A DNA stretch of 51,326 nucleotides, filler included, from Trypethelium eluteriae (taxonomy: Eukaryota), in the NCBI GenBank assembly GCA_051942245.1. It is 2 parts of 2 records of this genome, joined end to end, with 100 filler letters (N's around TTAATTAATTAA, not from the genome) between each part and the next. Parts side by side here need not be neighbours in the genome. Positions count along the whole stretch, not along the records: positions 1 to 25,617 come from JAVECL010000366.1; 1 more part is not named here. The stretch is one strand, 5' to 3'. Made by a program: the position numbers and the translations under genes. The notes beneath the pieces are model-generated. The model ran no database searches, was not told where the DNA came from, and saw only the letters and a program-made list of their open reading frames with translations. Of this stretch, positions 12,098 through 24,901 are shown piece by piece (the first letter of the stretch is position 1; the number at the start of each line of letters is the position of its first letter).

Positions 12098-15000
12098 ATG
12101 GCTCCCACACACAAGCTCGCCATTGCGGCAGCTGCCTTTCTACAGCTTGTAAGTTTGTATTGCTCTTCTAGTCTCGATCTTCGTAATCCCGCTCGCCTGG
12201 TTCTGCAAACGACAACGCTCCAAACAGAAAGTTGTACAAGACTACGATGGCTAATTAACTACACAATCAGGTGGTCTGCGTGCCTGCTCCACATGGGGGG
12301 TGGCCATCTCAAGGGCCGTCGTCGTCGTCATCGCAAACCCCACAGACGAGTACAAGTGTTTCAACGCACACACCATTGTCGACGCAAACCACAACAACCC
12401 AGGCTTCCTCCAGCACGATTGTTTATCCTCCGCCTCCATCGACGAACCGTTCTACCATAACGTCCACGTCCTCAGGCACAAGTGTACAACCATCTTCGCT
12501 ATCGTCGACCAACACTACGACAACCCATATCTCTTCCCCCAGCACAAGTGTTCCTCCTTCGTCACTGACGACTCCTACTACAACGACACCCAGCCCGTCT
12601 TCTAGCTCAACTATCCAGTCTCCGCCTCTTTCGTCAACGAACACCACGACAGTCAGAAGCCCGTCTTCGAGCATAACGTCCACGTCCTCAAGCACAAGTG
12701 TACAATCATCTCCGCCATCGTCGTCCAACACTACGACAACCTACATCTCTTCCTCCAGCACAAGTGTTCCTCCTTCGTCACTGACGACTCATACTACGAC
12801 GACCCCCAGCCCGTCTTCTAGCTCAACTATCCAGTCTCCGCCTCTATCGTCAACGAACACTACCACGACTCCCAGCACGTCTTCGAGCACAACTGTATAC
12901 ACGCCCCCTCCGTCACCGACCAGCAGCTCATCCTCGAGCACGAGCGTGTACTCAACTCCATCATCGACCCAGACGTCGACCCAAAGCTCATCCTCGAGCA
13001 CAAATGTACCACCACCTCTGCCATCAACTAATACTACAACGACCCATAGCCCGTCCTCAAGCACAAACGTGTCTTTACCACCGTCTTCAACTCAGAGCTC
13101 ATCGTCATCGACCCATAGCTCATCATCGACCTATAGTCCATCGTCGAGCACAAATGTGGCCCCACCACCGTCGACTACTCATAACTCGACAACCTACAGC
13201 CCTTCCTTAAGCACTTACGCTCCTTCTACGAGCACCTACATTATCTCGAGCACTTACGCTTATTCTACGAGCACCCACTATACTTCTTCAAACTCAAGTG
13301 TGCAGTCACTGCCGCCTTCATCAAACCATGCTCCCTCAACCACCTATAGCCCTTCCGCGGGTACCAATAGCCTATCTTCAAGCTCAAGTGTGAATTCATC
13401 GACCTACAATCCACCCTCGAGCATCTATGGTCCTTCTCCAAGTACGAGTGTACACCCTAGCCAGTCTTCGTCGATCCAAAGCCCCTCGAGCACCTACAGC
13501 CTGTCGAGTACTTATATCGCTCCAAGTACGAACGGCTCGTCATCAAGTATCTACAGCCCATCCTCAACCACCAGTAACCAACCGCCTCCACCAACAACAA
13601 TCTCTAGCTCAAACTCTACTAACAAGACTGCTGAAACGACCACGAGTAGCCTTGTTTCGTCTTCCTCAACTCACAGCACTGCTCCACTTCCTCAACCTCC
13701 ATCTTCGTCTACCTATAGCCCAACTTCTAGCTCTCAGGTCACTGAGCCGACGAGTCCTCCGCCTCCACCTCCGCCTCCGCCTCCGCCTCCGGCAACTCAC
13801 AGCCCTTCTTCGAGCTACAAGCCCCACCACTCAAGCACGAACATCTCTCCCCCATCTTCCACTACTCCGGGCTCATACTCAAGTTCAACGAGTTCTGATC
13901 TAAGCCATAGTACATCTGTATATTCCCAAAGGTAATATTTTTCTCTACTGTCCCCTTTCTCGATTTCCACATTGCAAGCCTCTCTACGGCTAGGCCGTCT
14001 TCCACGCCATCACCCTCAACTCCGTCATCCTCAACATTACCTCCAACAAACAAATCTGATAATAAGCCAATCATCTCTAGTTCTACATCGACATCGCCTA
14101 CTTCAAGCTCCGGTGCTCCAGTGGCCACGGGCACCGCATCATGCTCACAATTAAAGGCTGCAAGCGACACTTACACCTCTCCATTGGGAAATAATTACAC
14201 AATCCAGTGCGGCTACGACCGTGGTGGTGGAGATTTGACGTTTGTAGGAACTGAGCGTGGATTCGAGAGCTGTTTCGCCATCTGTGACGCAACTCCAAAA
14301 TGTATTGGATTTTCTTACGTTGGCAGCGCTTCCGGTAACTGCTATTTGAAGCAAGCCATTACTGTAGGATCCGGTGTAACCTATGTCGATTTCGCAGAGC
14401 TACCAGGATCGAGTGCTTCCTCGACTTCAAAGTCAGTGCCAAGTTCAATTACATCAAGCTCGACGTCTGGTGCTGGTCCTTCAATTCCGTCTTCTACGGC
14501 ACCGATACCAACTTCAGCAACAGCTACAGTTCCTCTGCCCTCGCACTATGCGGATCACGAATCGAGCTGGACGACGATGAAGCGACCCCCACACGGACCT
14601 CCTGCTCCAACGGAATCTGCATTAGCCAACACAACGGCTCCGCAACCATCCGAAACAAGCAAGCCCGGGGAACCAGCTCCCTGGCACCAATGTAGCCATT
14701 TCAATCGCAACAATACTTTCTTCTACCTACGCACTCACGTGCTGTTCGGCCGAAAGGATTTCGAAGGTCTCTTCGTACAAGGCACTCCAAAGGGTAAGTC
14801 ATACTATACAACGACATCGCAATACCTTCTGTGCCTCACAGCAGTACATTAATCATTTCTCAAGGCGCCTCTTCCGTATATCCTCAGGTCAGCGCTGACC
14901 GCGGTGGTGCTGCCACGGTCTACTACGATCCCCCTACCCGCAGCATCGCATTTTGGCATGGAGGTTGCGATTGGTCGGGCCTGACTCTCGTTCTAGACGG

Positions 15001-15226
15001 GAACAAAGATGCCTATGCCGACGCTCTCATCACAGATGCGATTGGTACGGCCAAGCTGAGTGTCGCCTACGACGAGCTTACCTGGTCGAACGATCGATTC
15101 GGTAGCTGGTTGGTGTGCGAGAATCGTACTGTTAGCAATCAGCTCTTGTGGTGGGATACCATCTCGACCAAGGGTGTTGATGAGTCGAAGTGTGCCAAGG
15201 TGCAACTCCTCATTGAATACCTTTAA
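12098..15226 (+). CDS. Secreted Ser/Thr/Pro-rich mucin-like protein with a PAN/Apple domain and a C-terminal globular domain
   Basis: Signal peptide MAPTHKLAIAAAAFLQL|VVCVP, an S/T/P stalk of about 600 aa, and a PAN-type Cys pattern (IQCGYDRGGGDL..ESCFAICDATPKCIGFSY..NCYLK). Introns at 12149-12270, 13932-13978 and 14794-14864. Confidence 0.85.
12456..12870 (+). repeat. Intragenic 216-bp (72-aa) tandem duplication
   Basis: CATAACGTCCACGTCCTCA occurs at 12456 and 12672. CTCAACTATCCAGTCTCCGCCTCT occurs at 12606 and 12822. Confidence 0.9.
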
Positions 15227-15661
15227 GCTCTCCGTATCTATTATGTTATAGCTGATTCGCGAGCCTTGCTAATGTTTATTTTACGATGGTAATATAATGG
15301 GTGTTTAAGGATATAGACCAGACCGAACGAAGCAGTATTGTCGTTTTAGACACGTCTCATTCGTACAGTAATCATCTAGAGTATATTCCTTCTCGTGACT
15401 TCAATTTTTATGGAATCTTGCATGCCCTCAATATCCATATTGTTCTTACAAGGTTTGTTATTTATGAAAATATCTATTATTTTGAGAATATGCCGAAAAG
15501 CCTCCTATGATCAGCACTACCTATAGAATAACATGTGGAGTCTCTCCAGACCAGATAAATAGCATACATAGCATGTGCAATTAACGCTCTTAGTTGGGTA
15601 TAAAGCTAAGCAAGTCTCTACGAAGTAGCGCTTAGATGACTGCAAAAGAAGCAAAATTGAA

Positions 15662-16752
15662 TCACGAAGTCCTGAAATAGCTGTCCAGCGTCCTCTTCTT
15701 GCCTTTGCCCGGGGTCTGAGGGCCAGTCTTCGGCGTCATCTTCATCATTTCCGTGCTTGTGTACAGACTCGCCCTCAGATTATAATGATTCTCCGATGAT
15801 ATTCCCAAATAAGTATATGCGTCTGTCTTGTAGTATGTTGCTCTGCCACTGCCTTCTTGCGGAGCAAGACCGATATCTACAAGTTCTTGGAGGACTCTCT
15901 TGACATCCTTCTGATCAGTAAAGTCGTTTGTATAAACAATGACAACAGATTCGTTGGTGGAAGATCGATGTGTAGATCCTTCTGGAGGTACTTTTGCGCA
16001 AGGACCGAGCCTGCCTTCTGCCACGGCTTCGGCCACAAGGCGCCAGACACGGGGTAAATCTTCGAAGGAGGGGCGCAACATCCACTAGTGAATATTAGTC
16101 AATCCCAATTGCAGCACTAAAGCTGTAGTCAACCGAACCTTTCCACCAACCACACCAGTCTCCACTGCGAGCTCGTTGATGCTTTGCTTCAAATCATCTC
16201 TAGTGAGACTTAGCCTCTTTGTGGTTGCTGACTTTCCTAATTTTGGAGAAGTCTCTTCGAGCTTTCGTCGATGATTCATATACTTTTCAAGCAAAGCCTG
16301 CCCGCCCTCTATAAACTCTTCCATCCTCGGCGACCGGGGCTTTTCCGCATGGGCATTCGCAATCCATATCCACTCGCCCACGTCCTCCTGCCGAGAAGTG
16401 AGAGGCGGCAAACGTTTTGTGAACTCGGCGACTGTTTCAGATAGCTGCTTCGCGTTGTTTGGCTGACCTTCAAAGGGATTGTAGAGAGGTGAAGGATCCT
16501 CGGTACTTTTATTTACTGACTTGCGAGTGGCTTTTGCAATTGGGACCATGTAAGCGGGAGGAATGGTCCAATCGCCATGCTGCATTGAGCTTTCACATTG
16601 CCCCTCAAGAGTGCTCTGGAGATCATCATCTCCTGTAACGCCCGTCAATTCAACAAGACGGAAGTTGAGCAACTCAGTCGTGGCGCACCGTAGAAGCTCG
16701 ATTCATCAGAGATCCAACCACTGCCAGATACAAATTGTCCCGCCTCCTCCAT
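15662..16752 (-). CDS. DUF1917 / Bles03 (C11orf68)-like protein, eIF4E-like fold
   Basis: Motifs ISDESSFY|GD, KRLPP..WIWIAN, GGK|WML, CAKV, VIVYTNDFTDQKDVKRVLQEL and YYKTDAYTYLGI..YNLRASLY. Introns at 16688-16633 and about 16139-16086. Alternative in-frame ATGs at 16770 and 16794. Confidence 0.85.
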
Positions 16753-16888
16753 CGTAACAAAGCTGTTCATGTAGATGCTACATGATGCTTTCATAAAAGC
16801 TGGTAAAAAAACAGGCTCGATGGGTTGGTTTCAGTCTTGGCTGGGATACGAGATGCTATCATATCGATAATTGAGTTGCTGACATAAC

Positions 16889-16942
16889 ACGCGTTTAGCA
16901 CTTTCTTCTACGCGACGATACGCGTCTTCCGCAATGACGCGT
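16889..16942. promoter_or_regulatory. Cluster of MCB (MluI cell-cycle) boxes in a bidirectional promoter
   Basis: ACGCGT at 16889, 16920 and 16937, and ACGCGA at 16910, in the 240-bp gap between the DUF1917 gene and PRI1. Confidence 0.85.
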
Positions 16943-16992
16943 CTAACACCGAGAAAGCTCTTTACCACGACTCGCAAATCCAGTCTTCAGTC

Positions 16993-18602
16993 ATGCCTCA
17001 CGCAATTTCGCCCGACCCTGTAGCAGAGGATGGCATATTACCCGATGCGCCTGCACTTGGAGGCTCTTCGAATTCTTCTCAGGATGCCTCCCAGGAAGAT
17101 AGTCCTCAAAGCGCCCCGGCAAATGCAGAGAAGCTGAATCTGGAGAATATGTTTGACGATGATGACGAGGACGATACCGAGTTTCCATCTTCTAGCATCG
17201 CTCCTCCAGATTCAGAGTATGCCCCCAGAAGCCATGAGTCTCAATGTTCATCTAGCTAACATAATGCAATCTAAGTCAGCCCACAAAATCTAGTCGCATC
17301 AATGATCCCGAGATCATGAAGGCCTTTTACCAGCGGCTATTTCCCTTTCGTCACCTCTTCCAGTGGTTAAACCATTCACCTTCTCCTACCAACGATTTTG
17401 CCAATCGAGAATTTGCCTTCACCCTCCAAAACGATGCATATTTGCGTTACCAGTCCTTCCCTACAGCAGACCTACTCCGAAAACAATGCGTTAGCCTCAA
17501 TCCCTCTCGTTTCGAAATCGGCCCCGTGTATAGCACAAATCCACGCGATCGCAAGACACTGAGAAAAGCGAGCGCATTCCGGCCACTAAGCAAGGAACTC
17601 GTTTTCGATATTGATATGACGGATTATGATGAAATTCGGACATGCTGTTCGGGAGCAAATATCTGTAATAGATGTTGGACATTCATTACAATGGCAATTA
17701 AAGTTGTGGATGAGGCGCTCAAAGAGGATTTTGGATTCAAACATGTGCTATGGGTTTACTCGGGAAGGAGAGGTGCCCACGCCTGGGTCTGCGATAAGCG
17801 AGCAAGAGACATGGATGATGCCAAGAGGAGAGCGGTTGCTGGATATCTTGAGCTGCTCAAAGGCGGAGATAAGAGTGGGAAGAAGGTGAACGTGAGGAGG
17901 CCTTTACATCCTCATCTCGAGTAAGTCATTAGTGGAGGTGTCGCACTTGTTTCATGCTAAGACTTTGCCAGACGAAGCCTCGCCATCCTCAAAGAACACT
18001 TTCAAGACGACATACTCTCTTCTCAAGATCCGTGGGCCGATTCCGAAGCCTCATCTAATCTTCTCAAGCTCCTTCCCTTTCCCGATCTAGTGTCTGCCTT
18101 ACGTAAAAAATGGGACTCTGCACCCGGTCGATCCAGCGAGAGTAAATGGGGAGATATAGACACTATTGCGAAGACCGGGGTTGGAAGTTCGGACACCTAC
18201 TTTGGAAAGCGTCTGCTCGAGGCCAAACAGGACATCGTGCTAGAGTACACATACCCACGGCTTGATGCAGAGGTCAGCAAAAAGCTAAATCACTTGCTCA
18301 AAAGCCCTTTCTGTGTGCATCCCGGTACAGGAAGAGTTTGTGTGCCGATCGATACGAGGAGAGTAGAGGAGTTCGACCCCTTGAGCGTACCGACGGTGAC
18401 GGAACTCCTGGCCGAGATAGATGCGTGGAACGGTGATGAGAAACGAGAGGCCGATGAGGAAGCGAAGAAGATGCAGGACTGGGAGAAAACGAGGTTGAAG
18501 CCATACGTCGATTATTTCCGGGGCTTCGTGGCGGCCCTACTGAAGGAGGAGAAAAATGGGAAACGGGATAGAGACGAGGAAGGGGATCCGATGGAATTCT
18601 GA
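16993..18602 (+). CDS. PRI1: DNA primase small (catalytic) subunit
   Basis: Motifs REFAFTL, KELVFDIDMTDY, WVYSGRRGAHAWVCD and YPRLDAEVSKKLNHLLKSPFCVHPGTGRVCVPI. Introns at 17217-17275 and 17921-17971. Confidence 0.97.
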
Positions 18603-18696
18603 CGTCGTCTCTGATTATCTGAATGTGTATCTGCGGAATGGCTGGGCGCTGTGACACGGATATGGAGTCTTGATGCGTTTATGATTTATCGGAAAG

Positions 18697-20065
18697 CTAT
18701 TCTGTACACTCTTGGTGAGTGCCCTGCGCGAACTGCCATAGACATAGCAGTCTATCGTAGAAGCTTGTAGACACAATCTCATGAGCAGGTCCATCGCCGG
18801 CAGATCGAGGTCTCACATCGCTACCGTAATTCATACTCTTATGCTCTTCAAATCTCGCGACGATCCGAATATCCCAATCTGCTCCTTGCTTCGTGACCTC
18901 AACCACTCGCACTCCAGCGTACATGCAGCTTGCAAGAATTGTCCAGTGAAGCGATAGGCTGCCTGGTGATTTCGAATCTAGCGATGAAGGGGCTTGGATG
19001 AAAGTCAGTCTCCACACGCCACCGCCGAGGTTGAGTTCTGCGAGCACCGTTACTCTCTTCCCCGATCCTGTCGGCGTCGCCAAGACCCGGATGTGATCAT
19101 CATAGCTGCCCGTGAGAAGAGCCTCTTTGTAATGGTCGTTCTGATCGGAAAAGTCACTCAGGATGGGTAGAATAGCGGTTACACCGGCCCCGTGGATTCT
19201 CCTGTCTTTCCAGAGTGCGGCGTGGTCTGCGCCTTCGGAGTCATGACAAGCGAACACACAGTCGTCGCCACCAGAATACAAGGATCGTCCGTCGATGCTG
19301 AAGGATAGTGTCCATGCCTCCAGACTATGGGAAAATAACTGGGTTGTTTGGATGTGAGTGTTGCTCTCTCCCCGACGTAGTGAGCATAGCACCACTTCTC
19401 CTGTACTAAGCGTCACGGCAAGATCCCCCTTGCGCTTGGGATGCCATACAATGTCCAGCACAAGCACGCTTTCATGGAAAGGTTGATGATTCTCAATATT
19501 TGTAAGGCGACAGCCGCTGCTCCAGTGAGCCTGCGGAGAGCATTCAAGCTGGATGAAAACAATCTGACCGCCTGACAATGCCACGGCAAGGTTCCGGTGA
19601 GATGGTGCCGCAATGCCGGTCGTCGTATCCCCAGTATCTAGATAATCCGAAGGAGAGAAGGCTATGTCAAGAATGCCATTATCTGTCTTGATTGTCTGTT
19701 GTGTGATTCTGGATCGGGGAATCAGGAAATTAATCAATTCACGAAGCAAATGGAATGACGATGATCGATTGAAGCTTAAATCTTCTGTCGCAAAGTTCTC
19801 AAAAGACCCAAAGGCACTAGGTACGGCGGTTGCACGAAGTATGAACTAGGCAAAGGCGTGAGACCTACAAGTTCTCTCCTTGAAGACGATATAATATTAG
19901 GCTACCGCTCCGACTCTGTGGCAAAGATGGTGTATCTTGCGCATTGGAATTGTCAGATTTCTCTGCCTTTGAGTTCAAATGATATGTTCCTACGACGAAG
20001 TGGTCAGTATCGTCTGGAGCAAAGGCAACGCAGCTTGGCTCTAGGTCTAGCGTCTGGATTCGCAT
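18697..20065 (-). CDS. DPH7: WD40 methylated diphthine methylhydrolase (Dph7/Rrt2)
   Basis: Motifs FVVGTYHL, HSLEAWT, LYSGGDD, IHGAGVTAILP, TGSYDD, LGGGVWRL, ASCMYAG, EHKSMNYG and STSFYDR. Intron at 19868-19709. Confidence 0.9.
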
Positions 20066-20507
20066 TGCTCGGGAGGAACCGTAGAGTATGAGATTGCTAC
20101 TACCGAACACCGTAGCAAGAAAAGGGTTGTGTAGGAATCTCGCGGTACCCCAGACCGAGATCGGACATAAATTCTCAATCAATAATGATGGGCAAGCCAG
20201 ATCCTTTTCCACATGCTATTACGCAAAGCTTGCAGGCTTGGTAGTAAGGCTAGCAATTTCTGTTACTCGATATTTCGGATGGACTGGTGCAGTCCCGAAG
20301 CTCACAAGTCACCCCGAGCGTCCTTTTCCTTTTGAGGTTTGAGTGAGCTTTGAGAGATCAAAGTCAAATTCCAAGTGGACGGAAAGGAAGCAGCCAGACT
20401 TGAACATCAGGCTCAGAGGTTCTTTCGAGTGAAGATTTCTCGGCCTCTGTTTTGCCGGATCCGGCTCAAGCGTCGGTGACCGCCAATTCACCCTAATCAA
20501 AGTTCTC

Positions 20508-20770
20508 CTTATCATCGCCCGACTCTATGTTATCGCACTCCCACTATCAGCACTATCAGCTCCACAGGGCAATTGACTCCGAAGGACCTAAGGTCATGTC
20601 GAGCCTCTCTCATTGGTCATTATCTGCAGGGACACCTGAGGTGGAGTTCTTGCAAATAGTCATCGAGTAATCTCAACCATTCTTGCCGCTCGACTACAGT
20701 CACCCGCAGAACCCAGGGTCTGTCAGTACAACGCTTACCTGCTCAGCAGGATGCCGGAACTAGTAGATAA
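20508..20770. promoter_or_regulatory. HGATAR (AreA/Nit2-type GATA) site cluster upstream of allantoinase
   Basis: Six HGATAR matches near 20508, 20530, 20544, 20553, 20620 and 20765. Purine catabolic genes are established targets of nitrogen metabolite repression. Confidence 0.6.
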
Positions 20771-20957
20771 GAGAGTGTCTTCCCTGGACACCGTCTCCAC
20801 TCTTTGTAGTAGGTCCGGCTTTCTTTGTCTTTCAATTCCGGTATTTCTCTTCACCTTCTCTACAATTTCAATATGAGAAATGAGACGTCCTTGACTGCAT
20901 AGTCAACTCTTATGACCGATCCATGGCCTGAACCTTGAATAGAAAAGTGGGTTCGGT

Positions 20958-22565
20958 ATGGCTCCTCACGCTACAAGTGATACCGGATTTGAAGAAACAG
21001 GGAGTCGCGAGGAGAATGGGGCGACGACAACTCCAAACCACCCTCCTATCACCGTCCTTGCGTCTTCTCGTGCAATTCTTTCTGGAAGTTTGACTGCTGG
21101 CACCATCATAATATCAACCATCACTGGCAAAATCATCTCCATTTTCCACTCGCTCCTTCCACCTTCGGATTTCCCCCTTGACACCCCCTATATCGATCAC
21201 TCTCCTCGAATCTTGCTGCCTGGACTTGTCGACGCTCACGTTCACCTAAACGAACCAGGAAGGACAGAATGGGAAGGATTTTGGTCCGGCACAAGAGCCG
21301 CAGCTTTCGGAGGAGTGACAACAGTGGTTGATATGCCGCTAAATGCGATACCACCTACTACGACTGTAGCCAACTTGAAGGAGAAAACGACGGCTGCACA
21401 GGGAAAATGCTGGATCGATGTCGGATTTTATGGGGGAATTATACCCGGAAATGAGAAGGAACTCCAACCCCTGGTCAGAGAAGGCGTGAGAGGCTTCAAG
21501 GGATTTTTGATCGATAGTGGGGTATGGCCTGCAAGGATGACCTCTGTGTGTAGCTAATCTCAGTAGGTCGAAGAGTTTCCAGCAGTGTCTTCTGGAGATA
21601 TCAGAAAGGCCATGGCTGAGCTTGCTGATGAACCCACCACCCTCATGTTTCATGCCGAAATGATACCTCCGATTACTGCTTCCGTAGGCGATGATGTTCA
21701 AACTTCCTTGCCTCCGCTTGAACCCACGGGGCCGTTGACGGCCTACCAGACATTCTTAGATTCTCGACCATCTTCCTTCGAAACCTATGCTATCTCTGAG
21801 ATTCTCTCACTTGCTCATCTGGCTCCTAATCTACCGCTTCACATTGTCCATCTCTCAGCAACTGATGCTATTCCCTTGCTTCGCCAAGCTCGTGCCGCCG
21901 GCGTCAATATTACATCAGAAACATGCTTCCACTACCTATCTCTCGCGGCCGAGAATATTAAGGAAGGCGACACACGGCATAAATGTTGCCCACCAATCCG
22001 CACCCAGTCAAATCAGGATGGGCTCTGGAATGAGATGACAAGACCAGATGACAGTATCATCAAAACAGTAGTCTCAGATCATTCCCCTTGTACCCCAAAT
22101 CTCAAACTTCTGCCACCACATTTAGCGGCTCACATGCATGAAAAGGAAAGAACTGATGCCGGCGACTTTTTCTCTGCCTGGGGTGGCATTTCTAGCGTTG
22201 GCCTTGGCCTTAGCATTCTCTGGACTGAGGCCCAGCGTCGTCAAAACATCAGCATCGAAGATGTCGTCAAATGGTGCTGCCGCAATACAGCCGCTCAAGT
22301 GGGGCTCGGACATCAAAAAGGAGACCTTGCTGTTGGATTTGATGGTGATGTTGCCGTTTTTGATGATGAAGCGAGCTTCGTCGTAGAACCTAGTACGATG
22401 CTCTTTCGGAACAAGTGCAGTCCATATGAGGGCATGCAACTCAAGGGCGTAGTGGTTGAGACGTGGCTTAGGGGTCAGAAGGTCTTCAGTAGGAATGAGG
22501 GATTTGTAGAGAAAGGAGGACCGAAAGGACGATTATTGCTTGAGCCTAGGTTGCACAGCGACTGA
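20958..22565 (+). CDS. DAL1: Allantoinase
   Basis: Amidohydrolase motifs [70 protein letters not shown] and AWGGISS. Intron at 21522-21566. Confidence 0.95.
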
Positions 22566-22909
22566 TTTCACGACATTAATATCCTAGATCAGCGACTGAA
22601 TCTCAGCATTCTTAGCTGGCCATCCTGTTGAGTTCCATCGTGACATTATAGCATAGTCGTTCGGAAGCTAGATACTAGTAAACAAATGAATGCTCTCACA
22701 CGTGATGTGCCACTGTCATGGGCTGATTGTTAATCCTCTTTGCCTGGCCAATTCAAACGGAGCTACCTGAGCTCGAGACTTATTCGTGGTGTATTTTTGG
22801 AGAAGGTAGTAGTTGGCTGGGTATACAAAGTATACTCTATACAAGCGGGATGACGTTACAGCGACGGAAAAAGTCAATTGGGTCCAGCTTCTCGTAGCTC
22901 CCTACCAAC

Positions 22910-24901
22910 ATGCAATCAACTACGAAACTCCTCCACGACTCTTCCGAGACTCACAGAGCAGTTTTCATCTGTCACTCATGCCTTCGGACCTCCGCTGTGA
23001 GGCGAAACGTCAGACGCTCGTTCTTCAACTCTGCAATCGCCAGGGAAGAGCATATAGCCCCACCAGAGCTAGGAGCTACGGTACCATTCAGAAAGCTGCT
23101 TAAAGATGAGCTCAAGCGCCAGAAGCTTAGAGGAGAATCCAAGAAGTCAAAGCATGCACCTGCAAACCGGCTTCTCGAAAAGTGGGAGTTGACCGTCGGC
23201 ATCGAAATCCATGTTGAGTTGAATACTGCCAAAAAACTGTTCTCCACTGCAGCTACATCCACGAACCAACCTCCCAATACCCATGTCGCACATTTTGACG
23301 CCGCAATCCCTGGCACGCAGCCTCAATTCCAGAAGGAAACCTTGATTCCTGCATTACGAGCCGCCCTAGCGCTCAATTGCACGATACACAGGAAGAGCGC
23401 TTTCGATCGAAAACATTATTTCTACCAAGACCAACCAGCTGGATACCAGATTACACAATATTATGGTAACAACAATGCTTCGCGTACCCCTCCGATATTT
23501 AATCAGCACTGATCTCGAAATTCAGAACCTTTCGCAACGTCTGGCTCAGTTGTTCTCTACCCTCACGATGGCATCGCGGAACTCGATCACCCCTCCATTA
23601 CAATTCCAATCAAGCAGGTCCAAATGGAACAAGACACCGCTAAGACGCTTCATCAACCTCCATCCACTCATCTCCTTGATTTCAACCGCGTCTCCCATCC
23701 TCTGGTCGAAATCATCACCGAACCTGTCATCCACCACCCAGCAACAGCCGCAGCTTGTGTTCGCAAAATACAGAGCTTGTTAAGAGCGGTAGATGCATGT
23801 ACTCTTGGAATGGAGCTAGGAGGACTCAGAGCAGATGTCAATGTATCAGTCCGTCCTCGACCTCAGCTCGGACAAGAAATCGCATTAGGCCAAAGGACGG
23901 AAATTAAGAATCTGAGTAGTTTTAAGGCTGTCGAGGGCGCCATTATTGCTGAAAGAGACAGACAAATCGAAGTATTGGAAGCTGGGGGGTCCATCGATGG
24001 TGAGACGAGAGGTTGGACGTTGGGTGGGACACAGACAACGATGTTAAGAGGGAAGGAGGGCGAGGTGGACTATCGATATATGCCGGATCCAGATATCCCA
24101 CCACTCCTGATAGGCAATGTACGTGTCTTCAATAATTGCGGAATCACAAGAAGCTAACAAATGATCAGGACCTGCTGCATCATTTGCAAATGACTATGCT
24201 TAATTTGCCAGACGACCTGGTCATGAGCAAGTTAGCTTCAACTCCATATGGACTGTCTGTACTGGATGCGATAGTTTTGGTTGCTACTGAAGATGGAGAT
24301 CGGCTGGAGTACTACATGGAGCTTGTCACGCAGCTTCAAGGCTTACTCTCAGCAGAAGAGTTTACCAAGGCCAGAGCAGGAAAATTGGCGGGAAACTGGT
24401 ATGTTTGAGGACCCAATATAAAGGGTTACTTCTTAAATCAATTATGCTTCCTCATGAAATTCTTTCCTCAGACATACACTAATGAACGCCAGGGTCCTTC
24501 ATGAACTTGGTAGTCTCCTCGCAACGTCAGACATTTCTTGGCATGATCAACCTGTCAAGGAGACCCACCTTGCATCCATTCTCGTAAGGCTGATCCGACG
24601 AGAGATTACGAGCAAAACCTCCAAACAGCTTCTTGCAATGATTTTTAACGGAGACCCACGCCCAGTCGAAAAAATCATTGAAGATGAAAACCTTTCTTTA
24701 CGCCCTATGTCCAAAGAAGAATATTTGTCCCTGGCCCAAAACCTCATAGCCGAAAATGGCGATATGGTTCGCGCGATCACGGAAAAAAACCAGAAGGGAA
24801 AGATTATGTGGTTCGTTGGGCAGATGATGCGGCAAGGTGAAGAAGGTAGGATGGAAGCTGACAAGGCCAAGAAAGTACTCGAGGAATTAATGGAGTTGTG
24901 A
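22910..24901 (+). CDS. PET112: Mitochondrial Glu-tRNA(Gln) amidotransferase subunit B
   Basis: Arg/Ser-rich presequence, then [53 protein letters not shown] and DYRYMPDPD. Three introns at about 23466-23525, 24119-24168 and 24399-24492. Confidence 0.96.

Noticed and set aside
19709..19868. Longer-than-usual DPH7 intron as a snoRNA host
   Set aside because: No convincing C/D or H/ACA box arrangement on the transcribed strand.
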